Shown here: piece by piece, positions 26,973 through 42,137 of the stretch | Layout: each line of letters begins with the position of its first letter | Numbering within the stretch: the first letter of the stretch is position 1 | Origin: Octopus vulgaris | Lineage: Eukaryota | Length of the DNA: 64,000 nt | Assembly (NCBI GenBank): GCA_951406725.2 | Contig: OX597836.1 | Location: 15,934,001 to 15,998,000 of the forward strand | Direction of reading: 5' to 3' | Program-made: the position numbers and the translations under genes | Notes under the pieces: model-generated | Seen by the model: the letters and a program-made list of their open reading frames with translations, nothing else | Told to the model about the DNA's origin: nothing | Databases searched by the model: none

Positions 26973-27008
<36 letters not shown>

Positions 27009-27077
27009 TTTGTGAAATTTGATTTAGTATTTCTAAATTGAATTTTTCCCTGTAAGTTTGGAATAATATTCCCTCAA

Positions 27078-27113
<36 letters not shown>

Positions 27114-28212
27114 TATACATATACATATACCTCCATTTAATGCTACATGGTAGTTTTCCATAAAAGTGTTCAATATAGAACGGTTTAGGAGGCAGTGGCC
27201 TGTTTCTTTGTTGACCTCAGAGAAAGTTTGTTTTGTTCAATCATACAAATATGGTTTTGTTCAATTTTGTCTTATTGATTTTGTTCTTTTGTTCTCTTCA
27301 GAATAGATTTTGGTATTACATCAGAATTTGATGTTTGTGATGAGTGTTTAACTCTTTTGATATCAACTTGCCTGAGACCACCCCTGGTCCTATGATACAA
27401 ACTTCTAAAACCTTCCATCAAAAAATTTCATATCAAATTTTGTTCCAAACAGCAGCTTGAGAATGACTAAGTTCCCCACCACCACCGTTATCATCATCGT
27501 CATCATTGTTGTCGTCATCGTTGTCGTCGTCATCATCATCATCATCGTCCTTTAACGTCCGCTTTCCATGCTGACATGGGTTGGACAGTTTAATAATGGA
27601 GTTGGCTAGCAGGGAGCTGTCCTGACTCTAGGTGTCTATTGTGGCATAGGTTCTATGATTGGATGCCCTTCCTCACATCAGCCACTTAACAGAGTGTGCC
27701 GGGTGCCTTTTATATGCTATATCGGCACAGGTGTGTTTACACAGCACCGGCATGGATACTTTTTAAATGGCACTGGCACCTGTAAAAGACAAGCCTATAT
27801 GGATGGATGGCATCAGTTTTACTTAGCTTGATGCGTCTTCTCAAGTACTGCAAATCACCACATCTCCCAGTCCCTTGTCATTTCCTCAATGAGGCCAACT
27901 GAATGATGACAATAGGAAGAGAATCTAGGGGACATGACATCAAGAAGCAGGGGGTCTTTGAACAGCGTCTTTCTTTACAGGGGTGTTGAGTGCAACGGAC
28001 GTGTTGTGGGGATCATTTTAGGGAAGTAGTCCTTTTTGGCCGAAAACTCAACTAGAGTTCAACAAGAGGGTATGACTGTTGAGTTTTGCTGGCTTCCTGT
28101 GACCTGAAGTTTGGATATGCTGTTGCTGATTGCATCTCAGGGGGTGATGGAATTAATTGATAAAATAAAGTACCAGTTAAGTACTTGGGTGTGCACTTAC
28201 CTGGTTACAGGT

Positions 28213-28369
28213 AAGCTCGCTGCCATCAATTCATCTTGAAGAAAGTTCACCACAAGAAAATTTTCATCAAGAAAATATATCCATAGAATCTCACCATTAA
28301 TAGATAAAAACTATTTTATTGAAAAAAAGCGGTGAACTTTCCTTGCAGAGAATTGATGATGGTGAACTT
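28213..28369. mobile_element. Small MITE-like foldback
   Basis: CCATCAATTC...GAAAGTTCACC versus GGTGAACTTTC...GAATTGATG inverted arms around an AT-rich core. Confidence 0.45.
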
Positions 28370-28854
28370 GCTGGACTTGCACTTAACTACATATCTACAT
28401 TTTCTGCTCTTCTATCCTAATTGTATTCATATGTCATATTCATATTCTACCTGGGTATCACATCTCTTTCTTTCTCTCTCTCTTTCCTTCCTTCACTTTC
28501 CAGGTGAGCAAAATATGTATTCACCTCTTCGGCGAGATACCTCTCTCTTAGTTTCTTGTTCCTCTAGTCTATTCTCCACTCAGTTTAAGGGTCTTATTCT
28601 GCAGGTACTTAGCAATCTCACTAGTGCTGGTGCCACATAAAAAGTACCCAGTACACTCCCTTAAGTGGTTGGCATTAGGAAGGAAATCCAACTGTAGAAA
28701 CCATGCCAAAGTAGACATAGGACCCTACATGGCCCTCTGCTTCCCCTGTTCTTGTCAAACTGTCCAATCCATGCCAGAGTTGGGAAAAGGATATTAAATG
28801 ATGATGACGATGATGATATATATATGCACACACACATACATGTACATATATATG

Positions 28855-28897
<43 letters not shown>

Positions 28898-28936
28898 GAG
28901 TAATGAGTGGATGCTTCAAGTATACAAGCATTAGCA

Positions 28937-28980
<44 letters not shown>

Positions 28981-29098
28981 CATACACATATATATATGTG
29001 CATGTATATATGCACACATATGTATATGTGAGTGTGTTAGTGTGGATGTATATATATATATATGTACGTACACATAGTTTTGTCTTTATATATGTGAG

Positions 29099-29156
<58 letters not shown>

Positions 29157-29279
29157 TGTGTGTGTATGTACGATCATGTGTCCTGTCTCCTTTTCGACTC
29201 CCAATGCTGACGCCACCTAAACTCCCAAGTATCCAAACAGACCTGACCAAACATAAACTCATTTCCATTTCTCTCTATA

Positions 29280-29850
<571 letters not shown>

Positions 29851-29989
29851 TTTACAATTTTTATCAGTCTTCTTCTTGCTGTCATTGTTCCTTTATTAAA
29901 GTTCTTCATTCTCTTGTAATTTTTTTTTTTTTTTTCCTTTTTTCCTTTTTCATTCTCTTTTTCATCACCCTGCAGATTTCCCCCCCCCC

Positions 29990-30420
29990 CCGTCATCATC
30001 AATAAAGATGCTGCGTTTGACGCATTACTGCACATGTATGCAGTATCGACGAACATATATATATATCCGGCATCGGGGAGGTGAGCGACATGTGACTTAG
30101 AAAAATGTAAACAAAACGAAGAAAAACCAAAAAAAAAAAAAAAAAAAAAAAAAAAACAGAAAGCACCACCAACGCACAGACTCGCTTCATCCGGTCTCGA
30201 AATACAATGAACCACCAGGTCCGAACATAAACTCACTCTCGGATCACGTTTGCGCCTACTCCGCCTTGCACTCACACTCACTACTTCATTTCATTCTCTC
30301 ACTCACTCACTCACTCACTCACTCAGACAGCAGGAAGTTCAGTGATTGAATAACTATGAACCAATCACACAAACATTACGTAACACGACCAGTTTTTTTC
30401 TTCCTTGATGTCGTAGGATG
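29990..30420 (-). promoter_or_regulatory. CpG-rich unique island: probable promoter and 5' exon (orientation inferred)
   Basis: About 21 CpGs in 430 bp of non-repeat DNA. CAGGAAGT (ETS) 30331-30338, CCAAT 30361-30365, palindromic TTACGTAA (PAR-bZIP/CRE-like) 30376-30383, and (CACT)n next to the presumed start. Confidence 0.5.
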
Positions 30421-30571
30421 ACAGAATAACATTGGAAAAACTTGTGTGTGTGGTATTGCTTCTTCATGTGTGAGTATGTAACAGATGTGTATATCTCTGT
30501 GTGTTGATATGGATGTGTATGTATGTATATATATATGTATATGTATCTATGTATATTTGTATGTATGTATG

Positions 30572-30622
<51 letters not shown>

Positions 30623-30678
30623 CAGTGGTGGTACCCCAGCATGGCCGCAGCCTTCAGGCTAAAACATTTTTAAGGATT

Positions 30679-30731
<53 letters not shown>

Positions 30732-31416
30732 GTACCGTGCTGTGTATCGTGCTTGTGTACTGACATCGCTTCTCTACTCATGTGAGACATGGACTCTGTA
30801 CAAACGTCAGGTAAGGGTCCTTGAACGTTTTCATCAGAGATGTCTCAGACACATTCTCAATGTTGGCTGGACCTCAAAAATTCCAGACACACAGATCCTG
30901 AGGACAGCTGATATCTTGGGTATTGAGGCGATGGTGCACAAGCACCAGTTGCGTTGGACTGGACACCTTATTATAATGAAGGATAGAAGGATTCCTAAGC
31001 AGATGCTCTATGGAGAACTTGTGAATGGAAGGAGACTCCGGCAGAAAACAAGGGTGCGATTTAAGGACTGTGTCAAGTCCTCGTTAAAGGTCTTTGATAT
31101 GCAGGACACTGACTGGGAGAACAATGCCTGTCATCGCCACAGATGGAGGAAGCAGGTTAAGGAGAGGATCGGCACTTTTGAGAGAGCACGTATCCAGCAT
31201 GAAGAACTTAAGCGAGCTGCGTGAAAGCACACGGCTCGTATAGTGAATGGGGAAAGCTTGGTCTGCAATGTTTGCAGTCGTGTATGCTTGTCAAGAGCAG
31301 GGCTCATTAGCCACCAATGGAGCCACAAATGCAAAATATAAGTTAGTCCTAGAGCGCACAATGTTCCTGAAGGTCGGCAATGGTGTTCCTCTTTCACAAG
31401 TGGACGGCCATCATCA
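30732..31416 (+). mobile_element. RTE (BovB-like) LINE, 5'-truncated ORF2 C-terminus
   Basis: YRACVLTSLLYSCETWTLY...ERFHQRCLRHIL...QLRWTGHL...RIPKQMLYGEL...RFKDCVK, then C2H2-like CNVCSRVCLSRAGLISH after a stop, then a (CAT)n tail. Confidence 0.92.
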
Positions 31417-31628
31417 TATCATCATCATCATCATCATCATCGTTTAGCGTCCGTTTTCCATGCTAGCATGGGTTGGACGGTTCTACTGGGGTCTGTGAAG
31501 CCAGAAGGCTTCATCAGGCCCAGTCAAATCTGGCAGTGTTTCTACGGCTGGATGCCCTTCCTAACGCCAACCACTCCGTGAGTGTAGTGGGTGCTTTTTA
31601 CGTGCCACCTGCACAGGTGCCAGACATG

Positions 31629-31690
<62 letters not shown>

Positions 31691-31942
31691 TACACACACA
31701 CACATATATATATAAAAGTGTATATACAAATATAAATGTGTGTGTACATGCATGTACCAATCTTAAATGCTTCTGTTATGATCAGGAGGACTATGATTAA
31801 ATACGTGGGGATTGAAAACTGACCCCTGAAGAACTCCTACCTGCAGACTAAATTCATCACTGTATTCATTGTTAACTCTCACTTTACTGACAGCAGCTCT
31901 GTACATAGCTTGAACTCTCACTAGCCATTCATCTATTCCTAG

Positions 31943-32245
31943 TGGAGGCACATGGCCTAGTGGTTAGAACAGCAGACTCGCAGTTGAGGGATCGCGGGTT
32001 TGAATCTCAGACCGGGTGTTTGTGAGCGAAACACCTAAGTTCCATGCGGCTCCGGCAGAAGGTAATGGCGAACTTCTGCTGACTCTTTCGCCATAACTTT
32101 CTCTCACTCTTTTCTCCTGCATCTTGCAGCTCACCTGTGACGGACCGGCGTCCCATCCAGGTGGGGAACCTATACGCCAAGGAAACTGGGAAACCGGCCC
32201 TTATGAGCCAGGCATGGCTCGAAAAGGAACAAACAATATAACAAA
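31943..32245 (+). mobile_element. SINE family B (tail type 2) with perfect 16-bp TSD
   Basis: TSD ATTCATCTATTCCTAG at 31927-31942 and 32246-32261. A box TGGCCTAGTGG, B box GGTTTGAATC. Confidence 0.92.
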
Positions 32246-32643
32246 ATTCATCTATTCCTAGCTTCAACAGCAACCACCAAATAAGGGAGGAAGGGACTCT
32301 CTCAAAGGCTTTCGCCAAGTTGACAATTGTCAGATATAGTGGTTTAGTTTTTGCTAGATATTTCTCCTGCTGTTACCAAACTATAAAGAGAGCTTCAGCA
32401 CTACTCCCTGGGACAAAACCAAACTGAAACTCATCCAGGTTAACTTTCTTCCTAATTCATCGAGCTACAGCGCTTTCAGTGACTTTCACAACCTGGTCCA
32501 GTAATTTGGTACCACTGTAGTTAGTTCTTTCTAAGGTGTCTTGTTTACCTTTGTAAAAGTTGACTATGATGCTGTTACACCAGTTGTTGAGTATGATACC
32601 TTCATGTACAACCTGATTAACTATATGGCTTTACTCTCATTTC

Positions 32644-33096
32644 ATACCAGGCCCTGCACCAGATAGCTGGAAAGGTCTCTAGAGGCCTGACATCACCTTG
32701 GAGGATGCAAAGGGGCTGGCACAGGACCATCAGCAATGGAGAGCACTGGCGGACCTTGTCAGCTCTATGTATGATGCTTCCTCTGGGACCACTAACCTGG
32801 AACAACCCCAGCCCCTCAAACAAGCGCATGAAGCAAAGCCAAGCTATGTCCTGCTCCACTAGATATTTTATACCAGGCTCTGCACCAGATAGCTGGAAAG
32901 GTCTCAAGAGGCCTGACGTCACCTTGGAGGATGCAAAGGGGCTGGCACAGGACTATCAGCGATGGAGAGCACTGGCGGACCTTGTCAGCTCTATGCATGA
33001 TGCTTCCTCTGGGACCACTAACCTGGAACAACCCCAGCCCCCTCAAACAAGCGCATGAAGCCAAGCCAAGCTATGTCCTGCTCTGCCAGATATTTT
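32644..33096 (+). mobile_element. Tandemly duplicated (226-bp) LINE 3' tip with (CCAAG)n tail
   Basis: LEDAKGLAQDYQRWRALADLVSS is an RTE-type C-terminus. Units 32644-32869 and 32870-33096. Confidence 0.7.
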
Positions 33097-34005
33097 AAGC
33101 ATCTCAGCAGTAATTCCCGATAGACTCGGGGTTTTCCCAGCCTTCATATTCTTAATTGCTTTAATTATCAAACTGCTGTCTACAAGAATGGCCAGACACT
33201 CTGCCATGTTCACATTACAAAGGCTCCCTTTCTTCCATTCATTCTCCACATTTAGTAGTCTTTCATAATAGCATTTTCTTGCCTCTTTCTTTTCAAAATC
33301 AATAAGTGCAAGTGTACTATTATTCTTTGGTTTACACTTCACTCCCACAAAATCTTGATTTTCTCTGATAATTGCCTTGCAATTTAGAACACCACTTGCC
33401 TTTCATCCTCACACTGCAGAACATTGGTAAAAACTTCTTTCCTGCTTACCTATTTGACTGTTATTTCTAACATGTAGGGCAACCACATAATGGCATCAGC
33501 TTCCATGATTGTTGGTTTTGTAGAAACACTTTTTGGTTCATCTGATCTATTTCACTATTATTTCTAGCATGTAAACCAACTACATGTTGGCTCTTATCGG
33601 CTCATCTGATGTACATTTGTGCTGGGTTGTCATATAGATGCTCGCTGGCCTCATTAAAAAGTGATTTATTTCTCAAAGCTGTCAGCAAAATATAAAAACC
33701 TATTCTAAGGATGGTTATGAAGAGGATATCAAATATTCATTCATCCTTTATCCTCCCCTGTATTCAGATACACACACACATACACACACACACACACACA
33801 CATTCTGATGCAAAGACACACATACACACATACAGATATCATATGTATGCATCTGAATATATATGAATATGCAAGTATATATACACATACATATACACAT
33901 CTATCTATCTATCTAGCTATCTCTATACATATATATGTATATACACACATATAAATACACACACACATGTACAGACACACACATATATGTATATTTATAC
34001 TTGTG

Positions 34006-34042
<37 letters not shown>

Positions 34043-34759
34043 ATGTATACATATATATGTTTGTGTATATTGTGTATATATATGTATACATATATATATA
34101 TACAATTATATATACATATATATACGTGTATATATATATATGTGTGTATATATATATATATATATCATGGGCTTCTTTCAGTTTCCATCTACCAAATCCA
34201 CTCATGAAGGCTTTGGTCGATCCAAGGCTATAAGATAAGACACTTGCCCAAGGTGCCATGCAGTGAGGCTGAACCCAGAACCCTGTGATTGAGAAGTAAG
34301 CTGGCTTCTACCACACAGCCATGCCTACACCTATACATATATGTGTATGTGTGTGTGTGTGTGTGTGTGTGTCTGTGTGTCTGTGTGTGTGTAAATATAT
34401 ATATATATAGATATACATACATATACATATGTGAGTTTGGAGGGATATATTATCTGGATGGATATTGTGGTGGCTCCCAGTAAAGTTCCAGTTTATGGCT
34501 AACCACACTGATCAGTTGACAGTCACTCAATGAATTCTTCCGTGTTTGCTTCACTAGAAGGTAATATTGTTCAGAGTATATATTAGTAATAATTATAAAG
34601 AGCATGGAAACTTGTTCATCCGCAAAATATATTTCCTGCCAGTAGTCTGTGCTGTGGAAACACATGTAGTTCATAATAATATGCTGTACAAAATTGTAAA
34701 ATAAGAGAAAACAAAAGTTGAGGATGAACAAGTCTCCATACTCTTTATAATTATTACTA

Positions 34760-34792
<33 letters not shown>

Positions 34793-34799
34793 AACATAA

Positions 34800-35400
<601 letters not shown>

Positions 35401-36064
35401 TCAATCAATAGTTAAAACAAATTTCAACTGACCTAAGCAAGTATGCAAAAGAGGACATTAACATGATGATGATGATGATGATGATGATGATATATCTATC
35501 ATACACACACACACATACGATTATAGTAAAAAAATAAAAGTTTTTCAATTTATCAGTCGAACAATTCCTGAAAAGCTCAGTCAGGTTATTTCAAACATTT
35601 TGGCCTCTTTGATTCGTTAGTCGTAACAGTATGTCCATGATGGAGTGAATGAGTCACCTGTCTGGTTGAAAGATTCTTCTCCTCAGTAACAACATAAATT
35701 AAAGAAGGCACAGACGTGGCTATGAGGTAAGAAGCTTGCTTCGTAACCACATGGATCTGGGTTCAGGCCCACTGCATGACACCTTGGGCAAAATTTTGTG
35801 AGTGGATTTCATAAATGGAAACCAGAAGAAGCCTGTCATATTCTCTCTTTCTCTTTTCTCTTTTACTTGTGTCAGTCATTTGGGCTGTGGCCATGCTGGA
35901 GCACCGCCTTTAGTCGAACAAATCGACACCTTTGTAAGCCTAGTACTTATTCTATCGGTCTCTGTTGCTGAACCGCAAAGTTATGGGGGCGTAAACACAC
36001 CAGCATTGGTTGTCAAGCGATGTTGGGGGGACAAACACAGACACAAACATTCATGCACACACAT

Positions 36065-36138
<74 letters not shown>

Positions 36139-36299
36139 ACGGGCTTTTTTCAGTTTCCGTCTACCAAATCCGCTCACAAGGCTTTGGTCGGCCCGAGGCT
36201 ATAGTAGAAGACACTTGCCCAAGGTGCCACGCAGTGGGACTGAACCCAGAACCGTGTGGCTGGTAAGCAAGCTACTTACCACACAGCCATTCCTATGCC

Positions 36300-36367
<68 letters not shown>

Positions 36368-37144
36368 GTGTGGAAGTGCAATGGCCCAGAGCACATTTGT
36401 GATCGTAGGATTGCGGTTTCGATTCCCAGACCGGGCGTTGTGAGTGTTTATTGAGCGAAAACACCTAAAACTTCACGAGGCTCCAGCAGGGGGTGGTGGC
36501 GATCCCTGCTGTACTCTTTCACCACAACTTTCTCTCACTCTTTCTTCTGTTGGCCTGCTCGCGTAACCAGCAGGGTGGCGTCATTTGAAGGCTAAAACAA
36601 TGCGAAGATACATGATGGTCTTCTTTCGGTTTCCATCTACCAAATCCACTCACAAGACTTTAGTCAGCCAGAGGCTATAGTAGAAGACACTTGCCAAAAA
36701 GGAGCCACGCAGTGGGACTGAACCCAGAACCATGTGATTGGGAAGCAAGTTTCTTACCGCCCAGCCACACCTGGAATCAACATGAAAGATTATGAAAGAC
36801 TAGTAATTCCTTCTAAAGTGAATCAAGTTCCAATGAATCTTTAAACATTTCATTGCAATAGTTTGTTAATATCTTTCTGGTTGCAATCCAGACGATCTGA
36901 TTGGTCAATGTCAATAGAAACATTGTAATTACCTTACATTTAATTGGACATTTGAATATTTAATAATCATATAGAATAACCATTGAATTCTGTATCAGAA
37001 TGAAATATTTCATTTCACGTGAGTTTTATTCTCTGCCTTCACAATGGCCAGAACAACACCTATAACACCTCGTCTTTTGTGACGAGTAAAACAGCAAAAT
37101 CTAATTAGGGGGAAAATTATCAATACTGCTGATAACACAATAGC

Positions 37145-37239
37145 AATGATGATGATGATGATGATCGTGATGATGGTGGTGGTGGTGGTGGTGGTGGTGG
37201 TGGTGGTGGTGGTGGTGGTGGTGGTGGTGGTGATGATGG

Positions 37240-37310
<71 letters not shown>

Positions 37311-37345
37311 TGGTGGTGATGATGATGATGATGATGATGATGTTG

Positions 37346-37392
<47 letters not shown>

Positions 37393-37438
37393 GTGATGGT
37401 GATGATGATGATGATGATGATCGTGGTGGTGGTGGTGG

Positions 37439-37494
<56 letters not shown>

Positions 37495-37501
37495 GTGATG
37501 G

Positions 37502-37553
<52 letters not shown>

Positions 37554-38597
37554 GGTGATGATTATGATGATCGTGATGATTGTGGTGGAGGTGATGATGA
37601 TGATGATGATGATGATCCCAATGATGATGATGATGGATTTGGTGATGATGATGGTCTTGATGATGGTAATGGCAATTATTATGATGATGGAGGTGGGGGT
37701 GATGGTGGTGGTGGTGATGATGGTTATGGTGAGGATCCTGACAATGGTTCTGATAACAACGATGAGACCAATGAGAGAATAACAACGATGACAGAAATAA
37801 AAGCAACAACAACAACAATAATGATTCCTTTTATTTGCCAGAGGGGCATAAATGTGGATGGGTGAGAATCACAAGGTCAACCTATCATTTGTGTGTGTGT
37901 GTGTGTGTGTATGGGGGTGGATTACATAAAAGACGGATGGGTGAAAAGGGGAAAAGATGGTGAAATGAGATAAATGTATGAGATAAATGTATACAAAACA
38001 AGTGATGGTGGTGGTGGCGGTGGCAGTGGTAGTGACGGTGGTTGTAGTTGTGATGGTGGTGGTAGTGGTGGTAGTGGTAGTGGTGGTGGCTGTGGTGGTG
38101 GTGGTAGTGGTGATGGTGGTAGTGGTTGTGGTGGTTGTAGTGGTAGTGGTGGTGGTGGTGGTGGTGGTGGCGGCGGTGGCGGCAGTGGTGGTAGTGGTGG
38201 TAGTGGCGGCGGCAGCGGTGGTGGTGGTGGTGGTGGTGATGGTGGTGGTGGTGGTGGTGTGGTGGTGGTGGTGGTGATGGTGGTGGTGGTGGTGGTGTGG
38301 TGGTGGTGGTGGTGGTGGTGGTGGTGGTGGTGTGGTGGTGGCAATGATGAGGATTGTGGTTGTGGTTGTGGTGGTGGTGGTGGCGGCAATGATGACGATT
38401 GTGGCTGTGGTTGTGGTAGTGGTGGTGGTGGTGGTTGTAGTCGTGGTGGTGGCGATGATGTAGTAGTGGTGGTGGTGGTGATGATGGTGGTTGTAGTCAT
38501 GTTGGTGGTTGTGGTGGTGGTGGTGGTGGCGGTGGTGGCGGTGGCTGTGGCAGTGGTTGTGATGATGATGATGGTGGTGGTAGTGGTGGTGGTGATG
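37145..38597. repeat. (GAT)n/(GGT)n tracts (37145-37740, 38002-38597)
   Basis: Direct inspection. Similar tracts at 40255-41055, 43690-44500, 49308-49778 and 53343-53770. Confidence 0.95.
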
Positions 38598-39053
38598 ATC
38601 AAGAAACCCCACAGGTCCTGGATCAACCCTGACCGGCACAGGCATGATCATTCACCCAGCCATTATTCTTCACTCTCCAAGCGCATGCTTAGGGTAGATC
38701 CATTCGCTCTAACCAATTTCACCACAGGTCACCCATATTTACACAATTCTCTGGGTGGTGGCAATTCCACCTCCACCCTCACTTTCCTAATAATTCTTTC
38801 TTCTATAAGCACAAAGCCAGCAATTTTAAGGGAGCAGCATTTGACTGGTACTTTATTTTATCAATCTTGGAGGGATGAGAACCAAAGTTTACCTTGGCAG
38901 TATTTGAACTCAGTACAAAAAGTTACTGGAAAAAATGCCGAGGTTGACTTTACCTTTCATCCTTATGGGATCAATGTATTTTGATTGGATTGCTAACAAT
39001 TCTGCTAGTTCACTGCCTCAATGATAACAACAACAACAACAACAACGACGACG

Positions 39054-39088
<35 letters not shown>

Positions 39089-39099
39089 AATAATAATAA

Positions 39100-39656
39100 A
39101 TGCCCTAGTGCAGTACCAGACAATGGCTCTGATGGCTGCTGATCTTAACTGATTGGAAGTGTTATCATGTACATTGTTTTGTTTTAGTATAAAAAATGGG
39201 CTACAGCAAATATTCTGCTCAATACCACAGATTTGCTTGTCAGTTGTTTGACCATAACCAGTTGAGCATGTCCCTTAGTGGCTGAAGATATGTACATCTC
39301 TGATCATGAGCAGAAGTAGTGGGGGAGCATCATAGCCATGTGTTGAGAGGGATTCTTTGGGGTTTGAATAGTTCACCTCTGGAAACATGGGTGGTTCTTT
39401 CAACATCCTTAAACAACCCTTATTCAGGGACCTTTTGAGCGGGATGGGCTACTCAACCTGAAGAAAATTCTAACTGGGCCCCACCTGTAAGGTCATGTGC
39501 TGTTTATCTTGATATGAGATCACCATGTCGCGCACATATGGTTGTGATGCATGTGCCTGGTGTACCTTTATCAGACAGGTAGTCATGATGGGTATATTGG
39601 GCTTCGTATATTTTACCCCAGTGTCACTTTGATGTCATGCACTGCTCTCTCACTCA

Positions 39657-39657
<1 letters not shown>
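39100..39657. mobile_element. ~560-bp non-coding element embedded between (AAC/AAT)n and (AAT)n tracts
   Basis: Complex, comparatively GC-rich sequence with sharp junctions to TAA repeats on both sides. No ORF. Confidence 0.5.
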
Positions 39658-39729
<72 letters not shown>

Positions 39730-39934
39730 GTTTCAAATTTTGCCACATTGGCAACATTTTTTCGAGAAGGGATAAATCAATTTTATTGACCCCCCGTATT
39801 TCACTGGTACTTAATCTATTGACCCCGAAAGGATTAAAGGCAAAGTTGACCTTGGCAGAATTTGAACATAGCGACGGGTGAACTACCTTTAAGCATTTCG
39901 CCCAACATGCCAATGATTTTGCCAGCTCACCACC

Positions 39935-40055
<121 letters not shown>

Positions 40056-42137
40056 GTTTCTGATTTATGCACAAACCCAAAAGTTTTGAAGGAGGTGGGT
40101 TAGTCAATACCATCAACCCTTCCTTTGTTTTTCAAACTAGACCCTAAAAATAACAAAGTATCATTAGCATCACCATGGTTACCTTAGCCATTGTCATTTC
40201 TTTGTAAAAGACATTATTGAAGTGTAAACAGTTACCACCTCCACCACCACCTACCAACCACAAATACCCCACCCCTGCAATAACCACCACAACAATCACC
40301 ACCACTACCACCACAACCATTAAAATCTCCACAAACACCACTACCACCCACAGTCCTACCACCACAATTACCACTACAACTGCCACCACCACCAATAATC
40401 ACCATCACCACCACCATCATCATCACCACTGCTACCATCACTACAACCTCTACCACTGCCCCTACTATCTCCACCACAACCACCACCACCATTACTACTA
40501 CTACCACAAACACCACTACCACCACCACCACCACCACCACCACAACCTCCAATACATCTTCCATTACAATCTCTACCACAACCACCTCAATCACCACTAC
40601 AACCATCACTACAATCTTCACCACTACCACAAACACCATCGCCTCAACCACCAACCACAACCTCCACCACAACCACCACCACCACAACCACCACCACCAT
40701 CACCACCACTATCACCACCACCACCACCAAAACCACCACAACCACCACCACAATCTTCACCACTACCACTACCACAAACACCACAACAAACACCACAAGC
40801 ACCACTGCTTCAACCACCACTACCACCAAAACCTCGAGCACAACCACCACCACAACCTCAAGCACCACTGCCTCAACAATTACCACAACCACCACCACAA
40901 ACACCACCACAACCACAACCACAAGCACCACTGCCTCAACCACCACCACTATCACAACCACCAGAAACACCACCACTGCAACCACCACCACCACTACCAC
41001 CACAACCACAACCACCAGAAACACCACCACTTCAACCACCACCACCACCACCGCTATAAAACACCTCCAGAATGTCATCAACCAGCATCTGAGAACAATC
41101 AATCATTCAATCGATAAAGAGTTATATGATTGATATAGTTGTGTTTTTAAGATTGATATCATGTCTATAAATAGAACACATGCCACCCTCATCCGTCTGA
41201 TCTGTTGTAGCACAGACCTCTCTCCTCTCCCCTCTACCCTCTCTCCTCAGATTAGGTCACAGTGACTGGTGACAGGCAGAAGAAGAGCTTAAGGTTCCTA
41301 CAAGCTTACATCATGCACATACACACACACACACACACACACATACACACATGCACACATAAATACACACATTTCTTATTTTTTATTCTCTTTCACTTGT
41401 TTCAGTCATTTGTCTGCGGCCATGCTGGAGCACTGCCTTTTTTTTTAGTCGGAAACGTCGTCCCCAGGACTTATTCTTTGCAAGCCTAGTACTTATTCTA
41501 TCAGTCCCTTTTGCCGAACCGCTAGGTTACAGGGATGTAAACACACCAACATTGGTTGTCAAGCAATGGTTGGGGGTGACAACCACAAACACACAAACAT
41601 ACATATGTTTATGTATATATATATATATATATATATACACAATGGGCTTCTTTCAGTTTCCATCTACCAAATCCACTCATGAGGCTTTGGTTGGTCCGAG
41701 TCTATAGTAGAAGACACTTGCTCAAGGTGCCATGCAGAGGGACTGAACCTGGAATCATGTGGTTGGGAAGTAAGCTTCTTACTACACAGCCATCACTCAT
41801 TGGACAGCGGCCATGCTGGGGCACCACCTTCAAGAATTCTTTAGCCAAATGTATCAACCTCAATACTTATTTTCTCTTTTTTTAAGCCTGGTACTTATTC
41901 CATCATTCTCTTTTGCTGAACCGCTAAGTTATGGTGAGGGCATAAACAAACCAACACCAGTTGTCAAGAGACACACACATAGAAATATGATGTACTAAAT
42001 CCACTGACAAGGCTTTGGTCAGTCCAAAGCTATTGCAGAAGACACTTGCACAAGGTGCCATGCAGTGGGACTGAACCCAGAACCATGTGGTTGGGAAGCA
42101 AGCTTCTTACCACACAGTCATACCTGTGGCTATATAT

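Larger units (their letters stand above)
31763..33450 (-). mobile_element. RTE LINE reverse-transcriptase fragment (degenerate, two nested insertions)
   Basis: AIKNMKAGKTPSLSGITAEMLK...KAFERVPSSLIWW.LLKLGIDEWLVR.VQAMYRAAVSKVRVNNEYSDEFSLQVGVLQGSV. Confidence 0.88.

Noticed and set aside
27900-28140. Possible CR1/L2 LINE 3' end on the minus strand (KDYFPKMIP)
   Set aside because: Similarity is too short and degenerate to support.
34610-34640. Selenoprotein CGU motif in an alternative frame (NIFCG-TGA)
   Set aside because: The context does not match SELENOF or other families, a stop follows shortly, and no SECIS was seen.
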